A DNA stretch of 11,856 nucleotides, taken from contig CAYLXZ010000025.1 in NCBI GenBank assembly GCA_964388265.1, positions 1-11,856 on the forward strand. Direction: 5' to 3'. The notes beneath the pieces are model-generated. The model saw nothing but the letters and a program-made list of their open reading frames with translations, ran no database searches and was not told where the DNA came from. Of the stretch, positions 1 to 5,951 are shown piece by piece. The position numbers and the translations under genes were made by a program. This DNA comes from Candidatus Micrarchaeota archaeon. Its GTDB lineage: Archaea; B1Sed10-29. How positions within the stretch are numbered: the first letter of the stretch is position 1; each line of letters starts with the position of its first letter.

Positions 1-1
1 T

Positions 2-901
2 AGCACAGGGATTGTTTGGAACACTTCAACCTGGGCTATGACTTCTCCTGGAAACTTCGTTGTGAATCTTCCAACAAGTTTCAGTGTAGTTAATGGTTCT
101 GGTGCTGATCTTACGACAGAACCACAAAACACAACGATAGATGTTTACGTACAGAACGGAACCGGAGTAGATATTGCTAAATTCCCAGTGAACTTCTCTT
201 CTAGTGATGCGAATGCTTCGAGCCTCAACGGCTCCACAGGATCGGATAATGGATATGGGTATTCATGGATCACCGTAAACGAAACTGAGATGAATGTAGA
301 AGGACAGAAAACACTGTACGTTCCGGTTGAGAACAACAGCGGATCGGTATGCGTGTTGAATGAACCTACTAATGAGTCAGAGGTTAAGAGTCTGAATCGA
401 AGTAACTGTAACAACATCATGGAACCAGGGACAACATACATCAATGATATAGAATACTATGAAATAACAGGACTAAGCCACAGCGGGGCAAAGGAAGTAG
501 AATCAATCACAGAAAACATCACAGTGAACCTCGTGTCCCCAGAAAATGGAGTAGAAAAAGAACAAGGTGACATAGGCTTCACATTCAACTACACATCCAA
601 CGTATACGAATCAGCGAACTGCACGTTAAGTCTTAACGGAACAGAGACGAACACATCGATTGTGCAGAACGATACTACAGAAACCTACACAAACAACCTA
701 GACACCGGAACCTACAACTGGAACGTAACCTGCACAAACAGCTCCACAACAGACACATCAGATACGTGGGCACTGAACGTGACACAAGAAAAGACAGTGG
801 TAGAAGCCGAAACCACAAGTGCACCAGGAATGAACCAGGTGCTCGCTGTAGTTCTATTCAGCCTTGCGGGTATTTATCTATTCCTTAAGCCAGAAAACTA
901 G
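2..901 (+). CDS. Cell-surface glycoprotein, 5'-truncated; C-terminal Ig-like domain and PGF-CTERM-like membrane anchor
   Basis: The frame is open from position 2 (STGIVWNTSTWAM...), so ATG38 is probably internal. Rich in N/S/T with about 19 N-x-S/T sequons in 38..901. Ig-like module ITVNLVSPEN...NCTLSLNG...GTYNWNVTC carries a Cys pair. Ends SAPGMNQVLAVVLFSLAGIYLFLKPEN (PG-x motif plus one TM helix). Confidence 0.8.
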   Translation, partial: STGIVWNTSTWAMTSPGNFVVNLPTSFSVVNGSGADLTTEPQNTTIDVYVQNGTGVDIAKFPVNFSSSDANASSLNGSTGSDNGYGYSWITVNETEMNVEGQKTLYVPVENNSGSVCVLNEPTNESEVKSLNRSNCNNIMEPGTTYINDIEYYEITGLSHSGAKEVESITENITVNLVSPENGVEKEQGDIGFTFNYTSNVYESANCTLSLNGTETNTSIVQNDTTETYTNNLDTGTYNWNVTCTNSSTTDTSDTWALNVTQEKTVVEAETTSAPGMNQVLAVVLFSLAGIYLFLKPEN

Positions 902-926
902 AAGAAGTTGAATTTAAAGCATAGAT

Positions 927-1133
927 TTAGAACACACCGTAAAATATTGGTTGTCTGACCGCGTAGTAAGAGAAAGCCTCCATCAAAGTAGGTAGAACAA
1001 ACACTAAAAAGAAACCGAACTTCTGATTATTCTCAAGCTTCCTGTAAGTCGCTTCATCAACTACAGCAGCAATTAAAGCAACCGTGAGAACAGTTAAGAT
1101 CCAGCTTCCGATCCAACCCCAAGTTCCACACAT
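927..1133 (-). CDS. Small hypothetical membrane protein (68 aa, two predicted TM segments)
   Basis: Fills the gap between neighbours without overlap. Two hydrophobic stretches (WIGSWILTVLTVALIAAVV and FGFFLVFVLPTLM) are joined by a charged loop. TTTTATA lies at -30..-24 from the ATG on the minus strand. Confidence 0.6.
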   Translation of the reverse strand: MCGTWGWIGSWILTVLTVALIAAVVDEATYRKLENNQKFGFFLVFVLPTLMEAFSYYAVRQPIFYGVF

Positions 1134-1156
1134 ACATCTAATTAAGTTCCTGAATC

Positions 1157-1163
1157 TATAAAA
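1157..1163. promoter_or_regulatory. Putative TATA box in the divergent spacer (TATAAAA on +, TTTTATA on -)
   Basis: On the minus strand it is 24-30 nt upstream of ATG1133, typical of archaeal leaderless transcripts. On the plus strand it could serve hel308, whose ATG is preceded by purine-rich AGGAAAGGA (1198-1206). Confidence 0.4.
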
Positions 1164-1215
1164 GCCTTACACACACCTCGAAAAGAAAATAAATCACAGG
1201 AAAGGAAATAAATAC

Positions 1216-3402
1216 ATGAAAATAAACCAACTAGTGAAGAACAAGAACCTACCCAAAGAGACATATCAAGCGCTAAAAGAAAAAGACATAACCAAACTAA
1301 ACCCAATGCAAACCAAAGCAATAAAGAAAGGCCTCCTGGACCAAGGATCCTACGTAGTGACAGCTCCAACCAGCTCAGGAAAAACACTACTAGCAGAACT
1401 ACTTACAGTGAAGAAAACCATAAACGAAGGAAAGAAAGCACTCTACCTCTGTCCCCTAAGAGCCCTAGCCACCGAACAATACCGAAACTTCAAAGACAAA
1501 TACTCCTCACTAGGATTGGAAACAGCTCTAAGCATAGGGGACTTCGACCAACAAGACAAGAAACTAGGAGAAAAAGACCTAATAGTATCAAGCTACGAAA
1601 AAGCAGATTCACTCATAAGACACGAGCCAGAATGGCTAAAAGACATAGGTCTACTCATAGTAGACGAAATACAGAACATAGACAGCGACCGAGGCCCAAC
1701 ACTAGAAGTCTTAATCTCCAAAGTCAAGAAAATAAAGCCAGAAGCCGAGATAATAGCACTATCAGCAACAGTACCCAACCCAGAGGAAATAGCAGACTGG
1801 TTAAACGCCGAAGCGATAAAATCAAACTACAGACCAGTTCCCCTATACGAAGGAATATACCACAATGGAGTAGTGAGATTCAAAGAAAGAGAAGACAGAC
1901 AGATAGATTCAAAGGAATCCAGAGAACTCAACCAGGTCACGGAAGAAACACTCTCAAACAACGAACAAGCCATAGTATTCGCCAACACACGTAAAAGATG
2001 CGAATCAAACGCAGAAAAAATCTCCAAACAAACCGAGCCACTAGCGAATAAACCAGAACTAGAAAAAATAAGTGAAAAGATACTCAACGCACTATCAAGA
2101 CCAACAGAACAATGTGAAAAACTATCCAAACTAGTTAAGAAAGGAGTAGCATTCCACCACGCTGGGCTAGTGAGAAAACAAAGAAGACTAGTGGAAAAAG
2201 CCTACGAAGACGGATTAATCAAGATAATAATAGCCACACCAACCTTGGCAGCAGGAATAAACCTACCAACCAAGAGAGTGATAATGAACTCGATGTACAT
2301 GTACACGGGAAAAGGATCACAACCGATCTCAACCAACAGATACAAACAAAGAGCAGGACGAGCAGGTAGACCACAGTACGATAACTACGGAGAATCCATA
2401 ATAATAGCCAGGAAGGAAAAAGAGATCAATAAATTCAAAGAAAAATATCTAGAGGGCTCCCTAAACCCAGTGGAATCAAAACTAGGATCCGAACCAGTAC
2501 TAAGATCACATGTACTAAGCGTGATATCTAACCTCTGTGAAGAGAAAGAATCACTCAGAAACTTCTTCTCAAAAACCTTCTACGGACAAACCTACGGCAC
2601 AACAACCCAACTAGAAAACCTACTAGAAGACATAACCCAAGACCTTGAGAAATGGGGATTCCTAGAAGAAAAAACAGAAAGAATAGAGCCTACTACAACT
2701 GGAAAAAGAGTATCAGAACTATACATAGATCCATTATCCGCACATAGAATCATAAAGTCACTAAACGAAGCTGAAGACACAGGAGAGATAGGGCACCTCT
2801 TCATGATAGCGGAAACCCAGGAAATGAAACCATACCTAAAAGTACAGAGAAGAGAAGAGCCAGAGCTCTGGGAAGAAGCAAGAAGCCACGAAGACCAGAT
2901 GATGAGAGAACTAAACGAATTTGATCTAGGAATGAACTTCCTGAACAAATACAAACTCACAAAACTAATGAGAGACTGGGTAAACGAAAAACCAGAAAAC
3001 GAATTAATGGAGAAATACGAGATACCACCAGGAATAATCAGAAGATATCTAAACAACGCTGACTGGGTACTATACTCAGCTAGTGAACTAGCCAAACTAA
3101 CAGGAAACAAAGAAAAAGTAAAAGATATACTGAGGATGAAAAAAAGAATAAAACATGGAATAAAAGAACAACTACTACCATTAACCGATATCAAGGGAAT
3201 AGGAAGAGTGAGATCAAGAAAACTATTCAACGAAGGAATAAAGAAACCAAGTGAGATAAAGAAAACACCTTACAAAACGCTTTCAGATATACTTGGACCT
3301 AAAATAGCTAAAAACGTAAAAGAAAGACTTGGACAAGAAGTTAAAGAAGAAATACAAGAAGAAAATAAATTAACAGGTCAGAGAACTATAGGCGAATATT
3401 AA
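1216..3402 (+). CDS. hel308: ATP-dependent DNA helicase Hel308/Hjm (Ski2-like SF2)
   Basis: Q motif LNPMQ, Walker A APTSSGKT, Ia PLRALA, II DEIQ, III LSAT, YRPVPL, GVAFHHAGL, V ATPTLAAGINLP, VI QRAGRAGRP, C-terminal HhH IKGIGRVRSRKLF. Length of 728 aa is typical. Confidence 0.95.
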   Translation: MKINQLVKNKNLPKETYQALKEKDITKLNPMQTKAIKKGLLDQGSYVVTAPTSSGKTLLAELLTVKKTINEGKKALYLCPLRALATEQYRNFKDKYSSLGLETALSIGDFDQQDKKLGEKDLIVSSYEKADSLIRHEPEWLKDIGLLIVDEIQNIDSDRGPTLEVLISKVKKIKPEAEIIALSATVPNPEEIADWLNAEAIKSNYRPVPLYEGIYHNGVVRFKEREDRQIDSKESRELNQVTEETLSNNEQAIVFANTRKRCESNAEKISKQTEPLANKPELEKISEKILNALSRPTEQCEKLSKLVKKGVAFHHAGLVRKQRRLVEKAYEDGLIKIIIATPTLAAGINLPTKRVIMNSMYMYTGKGSQPISTNRYKQRAGRAGRPQYDNYGESIIIARKEKEINKFKEKYLEGSLNPVESKLGSEPVLRSHVLSVISNLCEEKESLRNFFSKTFYGQTYGTTTQLENLLEDITQDLEKWGFLEEKTERIEPTTTGKRVSELYIDPLSAHRIIKSLNEAEDTGEIGHLFMIAETQEMKPYLKVQRREEPELWEEARSHEDQMMRELNEFDLGMNFLNKYKLTKLMRDWVNEKPENELMEKYEIPPGIIRRYLNNADWVLYSASELAKLTGNKEKVKDILRMKKRIKHGIKEQLLPLTDIKGIGRVRSRKLFNEGIKKPSEIKKTPYKTLSDILGPKIAKNVKERLGQEVKEEIQEENKLTGQRTIGEY

Positions 3403-3421
3403 AAGAGTTTTCTCGATCTGT

Positions 3422-4624
3422 TTAGGATTCGAAGTATTCTTCCAGCACCTTCTTAACTTTCTCAGCAGGATAAGCTAGCTTTATCAACGTGGTGTTGCCT
3501 CTTACACCTTTCCCTGAAATGTCTGTGGTAACCAATCCAAGCATGTCCAGGTCATCTATGTATTCTCTGCACCATCTTGGAGTCTTAGGTTCCTTGCCTC
3601 TCTGGTCGCAGAGAGATTCATATCTGTTGTAAACCTGTCCTGACATCAGAGTTTTCTCATCAGTAGTTCCATTGAGCTTCTCGTAATGTGCTTCGTCAGC
3701 TGTTAGTTGAGCTATAGAGTATAATAGTATCTTTTCGTGTTCTGGTAGTGTGTCTATTGTTTCCTGAACTATTTCTTCTTCCACGCTTTCTTTTGCTTTT
3801 TTTACTTCTTCATCTGTAACTTTATCTGCTCCATTTTCATCTGCTATGTCTCCTGCTTTCTGTATCAGTATTAGTGCTCTTCTTGCGTCTCCGGATTCCT
3901 GGGCTGCCATTGCTGAAGTGAGGCTTACAGCGGATTCGTCTATTTTTCCTTCTTTGAACCCTTTCTCTATTCTTTGTTCCAGGATTTCTTTCAGTTCGTT
4001 CGCGTCGTATGGTGAGAACACTATCTCTTCTTCACATAGAGTTGATCGGCTTCTTGAGTCCAGTTCGTCCTTGAAGTTAACTTTGTTGGTTATTCCTATG
4101 ATTATTAGTTGACCTTTCTCTAGTTCGTCGTTTATCCTTGTTAACGTGTAGATTAGGTCGTCTACGTTTTTGTTCTTGTCCACTTCATCGAGCATCATGA
4201 TGAAGTTGGTTTCATTTTCATTTATGTAGTCCACTAGCTTGTCATGTAGGTGAGCGAAGGAGTAGCCTATGAATTCTTGGTCAGGATAACAGTAACTGAC
4301 TGCTTTCATCACCACTTGGTACTTGGTGTCTTGTATACGGCAGTTCACGTACACGGGGTCTGCTGTTACTTCATATTTGTCTTTAACTTGAACTAGTTTG
4401 TTCACCACGTGTTTGGAAACACTTGTTTTCCCAGTACCTGTTTTTCCATATAGAAGCAGGTTATTCGACTCTTTGTTGGTGAGGGAAGGTGCCAGAGTCT
4501 TCATTATTTTTTCAATTTCTTCTTCTCTATGGGGTAAGGTGTCGGGAATGTAGTGAGGGCTCAATACGTTCCTGTCTTTGAAGACCGTTTCCTTTTGAAG
4601 TTCCTTTTCAAAGATATCGTTCAT
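3422..4624 (-). CDS. cdc6: Orc1/Cdc6 replication initiation protein (AAA+ and winged helix)
   Basis: N-terminal VFKDRNVLSPHYIPDTLPHREEEI, Walker A GKTGTGKT, YVNC, Walker B MLDEVD, sensor I GITN, FSPYDANELKEIL, sensor II SGDARRAL, winged-helix end LDMLGLV...GKGVRGNT. 400 aa. Confidence 0.96.
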   Translation of the reverse strand: MNDIFEKELQKETVFKDRNVLSPHYIPDTLPHREEEIEKIMKTLAPSLTNKESNNLLLYGKTGTGKTSVSKHVVNKLVQVKDKYEVTADPVYVNCRIQDTKYQVVMKAVSYCYPDQEFIGYSFAHLHDKLVDYINENETNFIMMLDEVDKNKNVDDLIYTLTRINDELEKGQLIIIGITNKVNFKDELDSRSRSTLCEEEIVFSPYDANELKEILEQRIEKGFKEGKIDESAVSLTSAMAAQESGDARRALILIQKAGDIADENGADKVTDEEVKKAKESVEEEIVQETIDTLPEHEKILLYSIAQLTADEAHYEKLNGTTDEKTLMSGQVYNRYESLCDQRGKEPKTPRWCREYIDDLDMLGLVTTDISGKGVRGNTTLIKLAYPAEKVKKVLEEYFES

Positions 4625-4684
4625 ATAATCAATCCTAATCCTTTACCTTAAAATATGTGAAGTTCCCTAATTTATGTGGATATA

Positions 4685-4704
4685 TTATTGTGACGCGACA
4701 ATAA
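4685..4704. promoter_or_regulatory. Palindromic putative operator in the cdc6/sepF divergent spacer
   Basis: TTATTGT-gacgcg-ACAATAA: perfect 7-bp inverted arms with a 6-nt spacer, ending 20 nt before the sepF ATG. Confidence 0.4.
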
Positions 4705-4710
4705 AAAATA

Positions 4711-4717
4711 AGGAGGT
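4711..4717 (+). promoter_or_regulatory. Shine-Dalgarno site of sepF
   Basis: AGGAGGT, 7 nt before ATG4725. Confidence 0.75.
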
Positions 4718-4724
4718 AATATAA

Positions 4725-5081
4725 ATGGCAAGTTTACTGGACAAATTCAAACTCGGAGGAGAAAAAGAGGAAGAAGACGTTGAAAAATACCTGAACCAAC
4801 TAGGACTAGAAGAAGGAGACCTAATGGAAGAAGAAGCAGACACATGGGTAGACTCTATGACTCTAGAAAAGATAGACGACGTGCAAAGCGTTATGAGAGA
4901 AGTAAGAGAAGGAAACATAGTTCTGGTGGACATCAAACCACTCTACAAGAAGAATAACGTCAAACTAAGACAATCAATCTCCGAACTAAAGGGAACTGTA
5001 ACCGACCTAAACGGAGATATAGCCCGACTATCCGAAGAAAAAGTGCTTGTAACACCAGCGGGAATCAAGATAAGAAGATAA
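4725..5081 (+). CDS. sepF: Cell division protein SepF (archaeal FtsZ membrane anchor)
   Basis: N-terminal amphipathic MASLLDKFKLG, acidic linker, core motifs VREGNIVLVDIKPL, GDIARL and VLVTP. 118 aa with a strong SD. Confidence 0.9.
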   Translation: MASLLDKFKLGGEKEEEDVEKYLNQLGLEEGDLMEEEADTWVDSMTLEKIDDVQSVMREVREGNIVLVDIKPLYKKNNVKLRQSISELKGTVTDLNGDIARLSEEKVLVTPAGIKIRR

Positions 5082-5141
5082 AACCAAGATTCCCCTATCT
5101 AGGTTCCTTTTTAGGAGCCTGAAAAAGAACTGAAGGAGCAA

Positions 5142-5942
5142 ATGAAGCATATGGCTAAACTAGAAAACCCTGCTGCCTCTCTCCGAATCGAATTCAAGGA
5201 CATAATGGATATACTGTCCGATATATTGAAGGAGAGGAACTGGAAGAAGTTCGACACTTCCAACATTAATCTAACATATTATCCTTACTATATATTTAAC
5301 TATGATGTGTTAGTGGAGCAAGAGGTCAGGGGACAACAGGTTTCTCAGGGTTTCTCAGGTAAAACTGCTCTTAATGCAATAGAAGCCGATCTTGAACCAG
5401 CTTTAACAGAAGTTATGGATAACCAACCTATAGATTTCGAGAAAGAGATAGCTACAGATATAGATTATGACTTGAAGACTCCGGCTATTTCTGAAGATGA
5501 GAAGAAAGAAACAACCAAGATCAAGCTAGCGAGCCAGTTCAATGTATCTAAAGAAGATGTAGCAACATCTGCATATAGATTGGTTTACTGGCCGATCTGG
5601 GTTATATTCGTTAAGATCCCTGGAGAAGGAATACAGAAACTGATGATTGATGGAGTAGCGGGATATCCTCTGAATGTTGAAGAGGTTCCTGAAAGAGAGA
5701 AAGGCTGGGTAGAAGTATCTAAAGATACATTTGAGAAGCTGAAATCTCCAAAGGGTTGGGGTGAATTAGGTAAGACCGCTGCCAAGGCTACTGCCGGTGG
5801 AATGAAGACAGCGGTAACCAAGGAAAGAGAAGAAAGCTCTAAAACTTCTGGAGCAGTTCATTGGCTTTTCCATACAAAAACAGGACAGTACACAGTTATT
5901 TTACTTGTTCTTCTTATCTTGCTCTGGATATTTATGAGGTAG
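5142..5942 (+). CDS. Uncharacterised C-terminally membrane-anchored protein with a two-fold internal (PepSY-like) repeat
   Basis: 266-aa ORF with SD-like GAAGGAG at 5132-5138 (start could be ATG5142 or ATG5151). Repeated motifs LTYYPYYIF...LNAIEA and LVYWPIWVI...IDGVAG. Terminal TM YTVILLVLLILLWIFMR. Confidence 0.8.
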   Translation: MKHMAKLENPAASLRIEFKDIMDILSDILKERNWKKFDTSNINLTYYPYYIFNYDVLVEQEVRGQQVSQGFSGKTALNAIEADLEPALTEVMDNQPIDFEKEIATDIDYDLKTPAISEDEKKETTKIKLASQFNVSKEDVATSAYRLVYWPIWVIFVKIPGEGIQKLMIDGVAGYPLNVEEVPEREKGWVEVSKDTFEKLKSPKGWGELGKTAAKATAGGMKTAVTKEREESSKTSGAVHWLFHTKTGQYTVILLVLLILLWIFMR

Positions 5943-5951
5943 TCTCTTGAT

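Noticed and set aside
1142..1387. 81-aa hydrophobic minus-strand ORF
   Set aside because: It overlaps the hel308 start and promoter. Its hydrophobicity is an artefact of the T-rich antisense strand.
2592..3230. 212-aa antisense ORF in hel308, and other antisense ORFs over hel308, cdc6, sepF, DP2 and DP1
   Set aside because: These S/F/L-rich translations are mirror images of E/K-rich genes. Biased codon usage yields few antisense stops, and they carry no recognisable motifs.
4625..4724. Canonical oriC with ORB elements next to cdc6
   Set aside because: No TTCCAxTGGAAA or G-string ORB is present, only an isolated GTTCC (4662-4666), which also occurs widely elsewhere. The spacer is short. A non-canonical origin is not excluded.
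4600..5150. Apparent plus-strand A/C to G/T skew switch as an origin signature
   Set aside because: cdc6 (minus strand, left of the switch) still prefers A/C-ending codons on its own strand, and another switch occurs near 410. The pattern tracks genes or local patches, not replichores.
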